Below are positions 43,396-55,466 of a DNA stretch of 64,000 nt, in pieces (the stretch's first letter is position 1; each line of letters starts with the position of its first letter). The stretch comes from Fimicolochytrium jonesii (taxonomy: Eukaryota), in the NCBI RefSeq assembly GCF_025526975.1, contig NW_026515688.1, forward strand, positions 124,001-188,000. Direction: 5' to 3'. A model generated the notes under the pieces. The model was not told the origin of the DNA, did not search any database, and was given only the letters and a program-made list of their open reading frames with translations. A program made the translations under genes and the position numbers.

Positions 43396-46300
43396 AAGGC
43401 TCGATAGGGCTTGTCCTGCATCTCAGCAGTCTCTTCAGGCGTTTGAGGTGCCATTTCCTTGGTGAGAGGGCTTCCCACGACGCTGGGAGTTGATACAGGC
43501 TTGCAATCGGTCATCCCATATGTTTCAAGCCATTTTTTGATGTACCCAGCTGGTTGAGCATCAGGAGTTGTTTGGCTCTGTCTCTGGTGACTAGGAGGCC
43601 CAGGAAGTAGTGTAGGGCACCAAGTTCGCGCGTTTTGTATGCTTTCTGAAGTTCCTTGGCCTTGAAGTGGTTGAGGTCCAGTCTCTTGTTGCTCATAACT
43701 ATCAGATCGTTGACTTAGAGGACCAGGATGAGTAGCCATCCCTCAAAGAGCCTGATATAGATGCAATGGTCGGAATCAAGCCTTATGAAGCCTTCCTCGA
43801 TGACAATGCCGTGGATTTCAATCTTCCATTCCCTGGGGGCTTGTTTAAGGCCATAGAGCATCTTCTTGAGTTTAACCACGTGATGCTGTTCTCGTGGCTT
43901 GATGTAGCCCGGTGGCTGCTCCATATAGATCTCCTCACTGAGTGTTAGGTTCAGGAATGTAGTGGATACATCCATTTGGTCCAGTTTGAGGTCTTGAGCC
44001 GCTCCCCAAGACAAGAGTAGTCTGATGGTGTCGAACTTTGCTACTGGGGCGAAAGTTTCGTTGTAGTCAAGTCCCTCTTCTTGTGAAAAGCCTTGGGTGA
44101 CCAGTCTGTTGTAACGTTCGATAGTGCCATCAGCATTCGACCTAATCTTGTAGACCCACTTGCATCCGACGAGGTTGCGGTCATTCAGCGCTGGGCAGAG
44201 CTCCCAGGTCCCATTGTTGACGAGAAGATTCATGTTCAGCATCCATGGCTTCCTTGCAATTGACTGAATCACTCGAGTTCAATGCTTGCTTGAAGGTTTT
44301 GGGCTCTGTGTGCAGTACTTCGGTTGCTACAGGATAGGCGAGGTTCCTTTGACAAACTTGAGTGCTCTGAGAACGTGTGATGCGTCCATACTGCACCAAT
44401 TCATCGTCTTCGGGCTCTTTCTGGTTGTCTAGATCCTCCGAGGCTTCTGCCCACTGATCAGTGTCAGGTTGAAGGTTGGGAAACGCGTCAGGAAGCTCAG
44501 AATCCCCGTCTGCAGCGTGCGGGCGTGATTCGGTGTTGTCTCTGGGCTTGAGTGCGCGTGTACCAGTGTTGTTTGGTTTTGTCTGGTTCTGGATCAAATT
44601 CAAAGCTCGCTAAGCTGTCGTAGGAGCAAGCTGACGTGTCTTCATGCGTATCATCATCTTCCACGCTGTTGTAGAACTTGTCCTCATTGAACTGAACATC
44701 TCTGGATTCGATAATGGTGCCTTGGTTGTCCAGCTCGAGCCATTGGAGCCTCCAGGCTTTGCTGGGGGAGCTGTAGCCGAGAAAAAGGCACTTCTTGGCT
44801 TTATTGTCCAGCCTTCCTCGGTTTTTCTTGAGAACAATTGCATAGGCTATGCATCCAAACACTCTGAGGTGAAGGAGGATGGGCTTGGGACCAAAGAAAG
44901 CTTCATTTAGTATCTTGGAGTCGTCAAGTCAAGGGCAGGCGTAGGACAGCGATTTCGAATATGCACGGCTCCAAGGAGGGCTTCCCCCCAATATTCATGT
45001 CCAAGACCAGCCTGGGTGAGTAGGCATCATGCCATCTCAACCAGAGTGCGGTTCATACATCCCACTACACCGTTCTGCTGTGGAGTGTCCGTAGCAGCGC
45101 GCTGGTGTTTTATTCCAGCCTTTCTGAGTGCGAGGGCGAACTGGAGGGATTCGTATTCGCCTCCTTTGTCTGACCTGAGGACTTCGATCGACTTCCCAGT
45201 CTACTTCCCCATAACAGTCTTGTACTCTTCCCATGTATCAAATTTGTCACGTTTCTTGCTCAGCAGCTTAACCCAGACGGCTCTGGACTTGTCATCAATG
45301 AATGATGCAAAATAGGTGCAGCCCCCAAAAGTAGATGTCCTCATGGGCCCACAGAGCTCAGTGGGGACAAGTGCCAGTACTTCTGTGGCTCGGGTAGCTT
45401 GTTTCTTCGGAAAAGGAGCTCTGGACTGCTTGGAGAGCGCGGAGACTTTGCAGATATGACCCTCAGGGTGCCGAGTGACTCTGATGTTGTGGTCATAGCA
45501 GTTGGTGAGCTTCTAAATGTCTTGGGCATTCAGTTGACCGAGTCTCTGATGCCAGATGTGATAGGGAGTGCTGCGAAGTACTCCTGCTGAGTAGGCGTGC
45601 TCAGGGATAGCTTGAGCCTTCACGGTGTAGAGACCGTTCCCTTTGGGAGCTCTGAATGCGAGAGCACCATCTCCGGTCTTGATTGTGCACTCTGCACTTG
45701 AGAACTCAACTTGTGCTCCATCCTCAGTCAGCTGGGGTACTGAGATGAGGTTCTTTTCCCGTTTGGGATTAGAGCAGACATTTTGAAGCGTGCCAGTATG
45801 CTCCCCATGAGTTCTAACTGTAACGGAGCCCGTTCTGGATCTCAGTTTCCAGCGTCTTGTAGTCCTGGAGCCATTCCCTGACGTGTGTCATGTGTGAGGA
45901 GGCTCCTGAGTCGATAATCCAGCACCCTGGGCTAATTTCCGTGCGTTTCATAGCTGCCATGAAGAGGAACCCGGTTCCCTGGCTGGCCTGGTGTGGTTCG
46001 GCTTGATTCGCATTGTTGGCTTGAGCTAGCTCTCGTTTGAGCTTCTTGCACCCGTTCTTCCAGTGCCCTTCAATCCCACAGTGATGGCACTTTCCCTTCT
46101 TCCTGGCGAACCTGGCTGAACCACCAGCCTCCTGCTGGTGTCCCCCGTCCCCAACGAAGGCGTTTCCAGTCGATCTGACTGGTTTCGAGTTCTCCTGGCG
46201 CCTGGCTTCTTCATTCAGAAGTCTGGCTGTCAAGAACTCCATGTCTAAGTCGTCCGCCCTGCTTTCGAGGCTCGTGATGACTTGTTCGTAGCTGTTTGGT

Positions 46301-47414
46301 AAGCTGTATATCAAGGTCGTCATGATATCGTCTTCGGGTACTGGTGCGCCGATAGCCTCCAGCTGTTGTGCGAGCTGTCTGACTTTGTTGATGTGGTTTG
46401 TGATCGAGTCAGATTCGTTCATAGTGATGGTAAGGAACTTTCGACGTAGGAAGAGCTTGCTGGCGAGCCCCTTTCGTTTGTGCACCTCAGCTAGCTTAGA
46501 CCAGGCTTCCCAAGCGGTCTGAGCTGTATGCACATGCATAAGCTGCGTGTCGTTCAGACTGAGGCAGATGTATGCCAAAGCCCTCTCGTCCTTCCTCTCC
46601 ATCGAGTCCTCCTCCTCTCCTTCAGCCCCCTTTCCCTGCGACGAGCTTGCTGTAGCCGTAGCTCCTTCCTTCTCCTTCTTCCCAGCTTCCACTGCCACCC
46701 AAAGTCCCTTCGCCTTCAACATCATTATCATCCTAAACTTCCATAGATGGTAGTTCTCCCCTGTGAACTTACCCACCAAAAGTCTCGAAGTCTCTGAGTC
46801 TCCAGCCATTGCGTGTTCGAGCTAAAGTCGTCTGTTTCGGGTGTGTGGTCGCGTTTTGGATGTCAAGTAGTGCGTATCTTGTCGAGTTGAGCACTTTGGC
46901 GCGTTTTTCGGTCGGAAACTGGTGATTTTGGAAGGAGATGTCGAGAGGAGTGCGTAGGTAGCGTTCGTAGGGGGTTGGGAACGTCTTGAATGGGATTGGC
47001 GAAGACGGTTTTAGTGATGATAAAGCTCAGGGCTCATAACCTATTGAAACCTTAGCTGATATAGGTGTATCTGAGAGGTCACTAAGACTAGTTCGCCGAT
47101 GACTGAGGGACGTAGCTGCCCAAAGGGCAGTGTTGTGATGTAGAAGACAGTAGTGTGGCTAGAGTAGTGCGATAGAAAGTAGTGTATTGAAGAGGATAAT
47201 GTGAAGAGAGGGGATGGGCAACAGGTCTGCCTTTTGTACGAATCTGGGGCTTCTTTCTTGGGGATCTACCTATGTGCTGGAGCGTTCAAAGCACCCCCTG
47301 AGACCCCCTCAGAACGCCCAAGGCGTCTCTGAGTGCCGCAGTTAAGGTTGGTAAGGTTTTGCCTAGTCTGTGTAGCCTGCTGATGCCCCCATGGACGTCT
47401 GCGAAGTCTGCGTA
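43396..47414 (-). mobile_element. Ty1/copia element B (family A): partial 5' LTR, PBS, gag, PR, IN, RT; 3'-truncated
   Basis: gag at 46809 (KFTGENYHLWKFRM, CHHCGIEGHWKNGC), WIIDSGASSHMT, WHQRLGQL; IN and RT closely similar to element A; LTR 47042-47414. Confidence 0.92.
47030..47041 (-). promoter_or_regulatory. Primer-binding site GGTTATGAGCCC (internal, half-tRNAiMet type)
   Basis: Directly abuts the LTR end TCAATA and is complementary to the iMet anticodon arm GGGCUCAUAACC. Confidence 0.85.
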
Positions 47415-47415
47415 G

Positions 47416-50400
47416 ATAAACATGTTGGCAACTTCAGCATCTCGAAATTGCGGACGTAGCAATCATCACAAAACATCGATACAATCATTCTAGGCGATTC
47501 AAATAGTTTTCAGGACGTCCAGGACAACGTCCACCTCAACTCCTGAAGCCCCTAGTGCGCTATAGTCGAAAAGCGCCGACCTCTAGGTTATTTACCTAGT
47601 AGAACGACCGATACGTCGCAACCACCTCACTTTTCGCACCTGGATGGTTAAACAAACCTCTGTAACTCACAGTTTGCCATCCATACCTTACTCTTTCGGT
47701 AAATCAACATCGTGAGAGTATACGTTCAACGGTTGACACGTGGTCAACATAAACGCGTGTTTACTAGTAGCCAATTAGTAACACGTTCACGGATCGGAAA
47801 TCTACCCCAGCAATTCGATCCCCTTCAAACTCAGAAACCTCGTAGAGCACACTGAGCCTGAAGACTTGTGAAAGTTTCAAAGAGATTCGACCTACGGACA
47901 CGGAGATATCAAAAAATGCACTAAATCGTTGCTCCTATAACCTCCATATAGCAAAACTATCACAGTTTTGACCGAAACGACCCCAGAGTAGGTTTTTCCC
48001 GATCCCGAAAATTACCTTGAATTTACCTGAACGTTTTGGGATTTTTGAATCACAGCAAAACGAGTAATCTGTCATCGCCTTCGTCGTTAATTTGATACTT
48101 GAGCGAAAACGGGCGGATAGGAAAAGTCTTCCAGGTTTGGGACAGAGCTAAGCCGTTGGGGTTCTTCTTGATCCTCTCAAAGGTCTCCTTAAACTGATAG
48201 CTTCAGATCCTGTACAGGATCAACGCAGCCAAAACCCGCCGACATCGGACATGGTGGATTTTGGGGCTTTTCGCTCAAAAAGAGGGAAAATCTATGCCTG
48301 AATTTTGGTTATTGCATACGGCATATACCTGATTCAAAACCTAGTTGTTTGTGTGTATTTGCTCAAGGTACTGAGCTATACAACATCAACGGAGTACTTC
48401 TGTCCGCATTCTGGACGTATTCGTCGTTGTTTGAGGTTATTCAACCTGAAAACAAGATTACACTGGCCAGAAGGTTGTCATGAGTACGTCAACGGGTAGT
48501 ACAGTTACCAGGAGTGAGGACACTACTCCCGGAGGTACAGCTGTTATTACTGAGATCGTTGAGGAGCCGGACACTTCAGTGGACGAACCTCGTGTTGAAG
48601 TTCGCCTTCCTCTTCCTCCTCGAACAACGGGCCCTGTTCCGATGGAGGGTATCCAGGTCGGTGGACCTCCTCCACCGCCTCCTGGTCACCCGCCCGCTAC
48701 GGCTATGCTGACGATCTCCGTCAAGGAGCTCAGTGCCCGAATGAAGGCTGCTGCGGCTGCCGCTCGAGCAGAAGTTTGCGATCAACATGCCAAGGAACAT
48801 CAGGCTGGACGGGATCTTTTGCGAGCTATGTTGGAGCGTGACTCTGCAATGCGCCGTAATGTGCTGCGGGATGGGTCGGTGGATCCATTCTATATCGAGC
48901 AGCGTAGGCACCATGGTACATGGATCTCGCAACATCCGTTCAATGGCAAACGGCGCGAGGCCGCTTTTGTCAACACGTTTTTGCAGGAGCACACGGACTT
49001 CATGGTTACTTTTGGTCTTCCGATTGACGACTTTAAGTACATGCAGAAGGTATCTGGCTCGCTTGAAGGCGACGCACGTACCTGGTTTGACACCGCATAC
49101 AGGCTTGACATGCGGAAAGAGGATTTTGAAACGGCTTTCAAACTAGCGTTTTATCCTACGAATGCGAAAACCAACGCGCTCAATGCTCTGCAACGAATGA
49201 CTTTTCATAAGTCGATGGAGTCGTATGTGATGGAGTTCAAACGTATCGTTGCCGAGGCACAGCGCAACCTGGAGGTCATCACTCCTGACGATTTGAATAA
49301 CCTGTTCCTTTGTGGTCTTGCTTGCGATAAGACCAATACCGTCGGCTATGAGATCGCCCAGTCGTTATTGCATACGATGGTCGATTATAGGGAGCAACAC
49401 CCTCTGCTCGCATTTCCATTGATTTGTTTGATGGATCATGCGCTTAGTTTGGTTGCTGTACGTCGCCTCGCCGGTAAGGGAACCGACGCGAACGATAAAG
49501 CGGTTGCTTCTGGTGGTAGTAATGCGCCTAAACGTGCTAATGTCTCTTCTGCCGCGGGTACTGCGGGCAAGAAGGGGGGGAAAGCTAAGAAGGCGGACGC
49601 TGCTAAACCTTACGCACGCCCAGACCTCTCGCACATGAAGTGTTTTGATTGTGGCGAGATGGGTCATCGTGCGCGAGATTGTCCTAAAAAGAAGAAGGAT
49701 AAGAAGTCCGACGAGGCTAAGGATAAGCCGCATTGGGACGCTGGTCAGAAAAAGGGTTTTCACTACAGACGTTTAATAAAGACACCGCTTATTCGTCTCA
49801 TTGTGCAATGGTGTCCACTGAAGAGGAACTTGAGGCTATACGTCCTGAGTCTGCTGATGGTATACTGGTTGATTGTAGGAATACGTCTGCTGCGGGGGCG
49901 CGTATGTGCCGGCCAGACGAGACTGAAAGCGTTTTGAAGACTAGGCCTGAAGCTGTTGGAGGTATCATCCTCCCGAGTCCTTAGTTAGGGTTCTCGTAGA
50001 TTAGTCCCCAGTTAGGGTTCTAGTAGTTAAGTTCCCCTTGTGACTCCCCTCCCGCTTACGCCATGCTTCTGCGTACGGGACATCACTCTTTTCTTCCCCC
50101 TTCGGGCCTCGCGTCCTCTTTTCTATGGAAGACAATACATACTTCACAGTACTACATCTCACACAACATAGAGTTCGCTCAGTCATCTGCTTCCTCTGCC
50201 GACTACTGCTAAGTGAAGCACTGCAACTGCAACCTGATGTGTTGATCGCACGATGTGCATTTGTAGTTCATGGCAAGTTGAGTGGCAAGTTTTGTCGTAT
50301 TCTGATAGATACGGGATGCACAACACTAATGGTACGTCAGGGATGGGTGTCAAAACATGGTTTCCAAACCTATAACCCCAAAACACCCATTGATGTCGCC

Positions 50401-52390
50401 TGGGGCGACGACGGCCGTACATTCAACGCCAACAAGTTATTTTGGGGCGATCTACAGTTATGGGGAGATGGACGACACTATCCCAGAGAACAGCTTCCAT
50501 GTGTGGTCGCTCCTCTGCGGGTAGATGTTATTCTCGGATTGCCATGGATCTATATGCTTGACGATGTTCGTTTCAAGCACATAGAAGACGAGATTCCTGT
50601 TCTACGATTCCGTGCAGAGGAAGTTGAACATACCCTGGTTGCGAGACCAGTAACTAGGAATTGGGAATCCCAGTCGTCCTGTAATGCGGCCGATCTGCGG
50701 TCCTTTGACACCAGAAAGAAGTCTAAACGATTCAAGGCGGCGATGCCTGAACGAGAAGACTCGAGTGCAGGAGTTGTAACTTATCAGAAGTTCACTCGCT
50801 TATCTCGAAAAAAGGTGTATGGGAAGTGCTACATAGCGTACGCTATGGACATAGAAGCTGCAGTGAATGCGTCACCAGCTTATGTCCCCGCAGATGAGCG
50901 CAATCGCGCTGAACCAGAGCCAGAGGTTCAAATAAGCGATATATCAGGACAGAAGGCTGATTTGGGCGTGCCATCGAATCACCTTCTTTATCCAACGTTA
51001 GAGAAGTACATGGATAGTTTGTTTGTCGAGCACGCAGAGTTGCCACCCGATAGAGGAGAGGATAACTTCCATATCCAGCTGGAGCCTGGTACGAAACCAG
51101 TCTTTAATCCTTTACGGCATATGAGCGAAGCCGAACTCAAAGAGCTGAATGAGGAGGTTACTCTCATGCTCGGGCGTGGTTGGATCCAACACTCGCAGAG
51201 CCCGTGGGGCGCGGCAGTGTTATTCGCTAAGAAAAAGGATGGCAGTCTCCGTATGTGCATCGACTATCGTGGGCTGAATAAAGCAACGATAAAGGATTGT
51301 ACGCCGTTACCAAATCTTGCAGAGATGCAGGATCGGTTACGTGGAAAGAAGTTCAAGTCTTTGTTGGATATCAAAGATGCGTATCACCGCCTCTTGGTTT
51401 GCAAGGCTGATAGAGACAAAACAGCGTTTCGGATGCGGTTTGGTCATTTCGAGTACTTGGTTATGCCATTTGGGTTGACGAATGCGCCAGCAACGTTCCA
51501 ACGGTTAACCAATAAGATATTGGGGAAAATGTACGATGCGTATGTCATATCTTACCTGGATGATATCTTAATCTTCTCGGAAACGGCCGAGGAGCATACC
51601 GCTCATGTGGATAGCGTTTTGGCTGTTCTAGCCGAGCACAAACTCTATGTTAAGCCGTCCAAGCGCAAATGGATGCAGAAAGAGCTTGAAATCTGCGGCC
51701 ATGTCCTGGGAGAAGATACGATGGCCATTGCACCCTCGAAATTGAATGCCGTGCGAAACTTTGCACGTCCTACGAAACAGAAAGAGGTCCAATCTTTCTT
51801 AGGATTGACCAATTACCTGAGTCAATATGTCGATTGTTATGCATACATCACGTATCCATTGACAGAGCTACAGTCGGGCAAAAGGCCTTGGCACTGGGGC
51901 AATGTCGAAGAGACGGCTTTTGTTAAGCTGAAGGAAGCTATTATCACAGCTCCTACGCTCGCATCTTATGACCTGGAGCGAGATTTATACGTGTTCACGG
52001 ATGCATCGGGTTTTGCAATTGGAGGATGGCTCGTCCAGCCGGCGGATCCGTTGGAGCATTACCCATCACCGTTGCCTACCTCAGTGAAGGAATTTAAGAA
52101 TCTGCCACCGTTAAAGCCGATAGCTTTCTTTGGGCGGAAGATGCAGCCCGCTGAAACACGTTACCCCGTGCACGAACAAGAGCTATCAGCTCTGGTTAGG
52201 ATAAGCAAGGCGAACAGACATTACTTGCAGGATCGGACGAATGACCGCCCGTTTCGCGCGTTCACCGATCAGGCTAGTTTGGTCTGGCTGCAGACACAGC
52301 CCTTCCTGAGCCATCGCCAAGCACAATGGGTTGAATTCCTGCAACAATTCAAATTTGATATTGAATATCAACCTGGTCGTTGGAACACCG
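47416..52390 (+). mobile_element. Ty3/gypsy element D1 (leader, gag, PR, RT, RNase H; both ends truncated)
   Basis: gag at 48480 with CFDCGEMGHRARDC; ILIDTGCT; RMCIDYRGLN; YLDDILIFS; FTDASGFAIGG. Interrupted by a solo LTR at 49954-50214. Confidence 0.92.
49954..50214 (+). mobile_element. Solo LTR of copia family C with TSD GAAGC
   Basis: Starts TGTTGGAGGTATCATCC; GAAGC at 49949-49953 and 50215-50219. The uninterrupted site is visible in D2 near 59760 (GGCCTGAAGCACTG). Confidence 0.9.
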
Positions 52391-52894
52391 TAGCAGTAGT
52401 TGGCAGAGGAAGCAGATGACTGAGCGAACTCTGTGTTGTGTGCAATGCCGTACTGTGAAGTATGTATTGTCTTGTGTAGAAAAGTCTGAAGTGTAAAAAG
52501 GACGCGAGGTCCGAAAGGGAAGAAAAGAGTGAAGTCCTGTATGCAGAAGCGTGGCGTAAGCGCGAGGGGAGTCACGTGAGGAAATAGACTACGGGAACCC
52601 TAACCGGGGACTTGGGAGGATGATACCTCCAACACCCCCACTCAAACTCACGAGTCTATCTAAGTGAAAGATAAAACAAACAATGAGTACAATGGTGTGA
52701 CCGTACGCGAAAAGCGGGCGGTCGGGGTGATGAATAGCTATGACTAAAAATGAAAGAAATGAAAGAGTAAAATGAAAGGAGAGGGAAACGCCGCCAGTAT
52801 AAAACAAGACAGCTGTCAGTCGCCCAAGCGAGGTAAGACCAACGTTCCCATACTCAACTACCGGATCCCAGACTACCACACGATACGCGAAACA

Positions 52895-53547
52895 ATGGTG
52901 AACGGAGGCAAGAACGGCGGGAGTGGCAAGAAGAGCGGTGACGGCAAGAAGAAGCAAACGGCCCGTAAGACGGGAGCGCCCGCGGCCCCTCCAGCTGCAC
53001 CTCCTCCGGGACCCTCACGACCGACAACGCGCTCTACGCGCGCATCATCCGCAGCGTCCGCAAGCGACTCTTCGATGTTGAAAGCCCGAGTTAGAGAAGC
53101 TCTTCGTTTGCGACGGAAGTATCGACGTTGAGGTACCGCAAGGATAACCATGAGAACCTCGCGAAGCACCTGGCGTTTACGAAGGCGAAACTGGATCGAT
53201 CGAAGCGAAAGAAGCGGTCGTTCGAGGCATTGATGGAGGGGGCAGACTACCTTGGATGTAAGGCAGTCTCGGAGTCGCGATATAAGGCAAAAGGCAGCAT
53301 ATCGAAAGAAAAGATGAAAGAGGCGAAGCGCCGCAGTGATGCGGTCGAGAGACGGGAGCGAGACAAGATGTTGAAGCGACTCCAGTACTTGCGAAAGCAC
53401 ATGGATGATTCATCTTCGAGTGACGATGGAGACGGTGACGGAAACGGCGGGGGAGGTGGTCCAGGGGGTCCGCCTGGTGGAGGCGGAGCCGGAGCCGGTG
53501 GAGCCCCCGGTGCCGGGGCAGCGGCGACTATCACGGTGGCGGGTTAA
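52895..53547 (+). pseudogene. Antisense extra ORF of copia C (basic, coiled-coil-like, Gly-rich tail), one frameshift near 53100
   Basis: MVNGGKNGGSGKK...LKARVRE / TEVSTLRYRKDNHENLAKHLAFTKAKLDRSKRKKRS...DDSSSSDDGDG...TITVAG-stop. Lies between the pol stop (~53606) and the PPT/LTR. Confidence 0.65.
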
Positions 53548-55313
53548 GGTGCCGAAGTCGTATGTAGTGCCCAGAAGCCGTCCCGGTATGGGTGTTCCAT
53601 ATGTCTCATTCGGACGTCGTCGTCGCTGGCTGTCTATTGCTAGCGACACGTCCTTCTTGAATTGCTTGAATAATTTTCCTATGTGTCTCGGGAGGAAAGG
53701 GCTTGGTAAAGTAATCAGCCAGTTGTTCCTGCGTCGCGGTGTCGAGGAGTACGACGTCTTTCTTCGCACGCCGTCGCGTAGCTTGTGGTAGCGTACGTCG
53801 ATGTGTTTGGAGCGTTGAGTAATAGCCGTGGAGTTGGCAATCTCGCGTGCGCTCTGATTGTCGATGTGAAGTGGCGTGGGGTCTTGATGTTGCCGTATTC
53901 GTCGCCGAAGACCTCCGCGATGATCGAGCGGAGCCAGATGACCTCGTTGTAAACGAGGGATGCGGCGATATACTCAGCTTCCGTGGAGCTGAGAGCTACG
54001 CACTTCTGCTTGGTGCTTTTCCAGTAGATAAGCTGGCCGTGGAAGAAGCTGGCGATGCCCGCGGTAGATTTGCGATCGTTGACATCGTCTGCGTAGGATG
54101 CGTCTGTATAGACGCGAAGTCCAGCCTGATCTGAATGGCCGGACTTGTAAGTAAGCTCGAAGGTGCGGGTACCTTTAAGGTAGCGCATGATGCGAAGTAC
54201 ATCATTCCAGTCGGCTTGAGTAGGAGCTGAGACTTGACGTGCGACGAAGCCGACGGCAGTTGAAATATCCCAGCGCCGGGTAATGGATGCCCACGTGAGG
54301 GCCCCCACTGCTTCCTGGTAGAGAAGCTTACTATGAAAAGGGGGGCTTGCGGAGGCTGGTTGGGTACGCGCAGAGACGGCGCACGGCGTAGAGACCGGGG
54401 TAGCGTTTTGTTGTCCAAATCGTTCGAGTAAACCGTCGATATAGGTAACATTGCTGATTTTGAGTTGGTTCCCTGACGGCGAGAGCTGGTAATCGAAGAC
54501 CAGACCTAGGCAGTTCTTGTAGGGACCGAGATCCGTACAGTTGAAATGAGAACATAGTTCACCTTTCACTTGTTTGACGTGTACCGGAAAGCAGCAGGCA
54601 ATGAAGTCGTTCACATAGATAAGGAGCATCTGGAGGGCGTCCAGAGTGCGCGTCGTTGTCGCGTGGCGATAGAAGACGCAAGGGCAGTTCTTTAACGGGG
54701 TAAAGCCGAGAGAACTGAGGGTTTTGCGAAGAGTACGGTACCAGAGAAGCGGAGACTGCTTCAGACCGTATAGAGCTTTGCGTAGGAGGTATACCCAGTC
54801 TGCGCGCGGTTTCTGCGGATCTTCGTAGCCTTGAAATTGTTCAACATAGACGGGTCCGTCGATATCGCTGCGTAAGAACGCGTTGGGGACGTCGAGTTGA
54901 TGGATTTACATACCAAGAGAGACGGCAATGGAGAGGAAAAGGCAAAGAACTGACATGGGTAGGGTTGGAGTGTAGGTGTCGTTATAATCAATACCCTTAG
55001 ATTGAGGAAAACCTTGAACTACACCGCTGCCCTTGAATTTCTTGAAAGTACCATCCGGATTGAAGATTTGACGAAGTACCCAAGTACTACCGAGTAGGCG
55101 CTGATTTTGCGGACGGGGTACGAGCTCCCAAGTCCCGTTATCAACTAGAGCTTGGAACTCTTTATCAGCTGCGAGCTTGAAGTCAGCTGTTTGAGGGGAG
55201 GCCATTGCTTGTCGCCAGGTCTTAGTGACTGATTGAGGCGTGTCTTCGGTACGCGCGTTGAAGGCGTTCGAGAGGGCTTCAATGGTTCGGGCGTTGAAAG
55301 CGTCTGGACGAGA

Positions 55314-55466
55314 CTCCCAGATGTGCAACGCTTCAGTCTCAATGAGATCAGACCGTGGTTGCCAGGTAGGGGTAGTAAAACCAACCCACTTGATGAGGTA
55401 TTCCTTTTGGACGTTCTTGCCACGGCGTTGACGTTCAGAAAGGATGTGTTCGATAGGGAACTCCTC
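55314..55466 (-). other. Chromodomain within copia C pol
   Basis: EEFPIEHILSERQRRGKNVQKEYLIKWVGFTTPTWQPRSDLIETEALHIWE, in frame with the downstream RT ORF (54906-55328). Confidence 0.88.

Noticed and set aside
48305..48499. Identical 64-aa ORF in both D leaders
   Set aside because: Non-ATG start; the identity simply reflects DNA identity of the leaders.
49980..50025. TTAGGG telomere-like motifs in family C LTRs
   Set aside because: Only one per LTR (two in the solo LTR via a local duplication); no tandem array.
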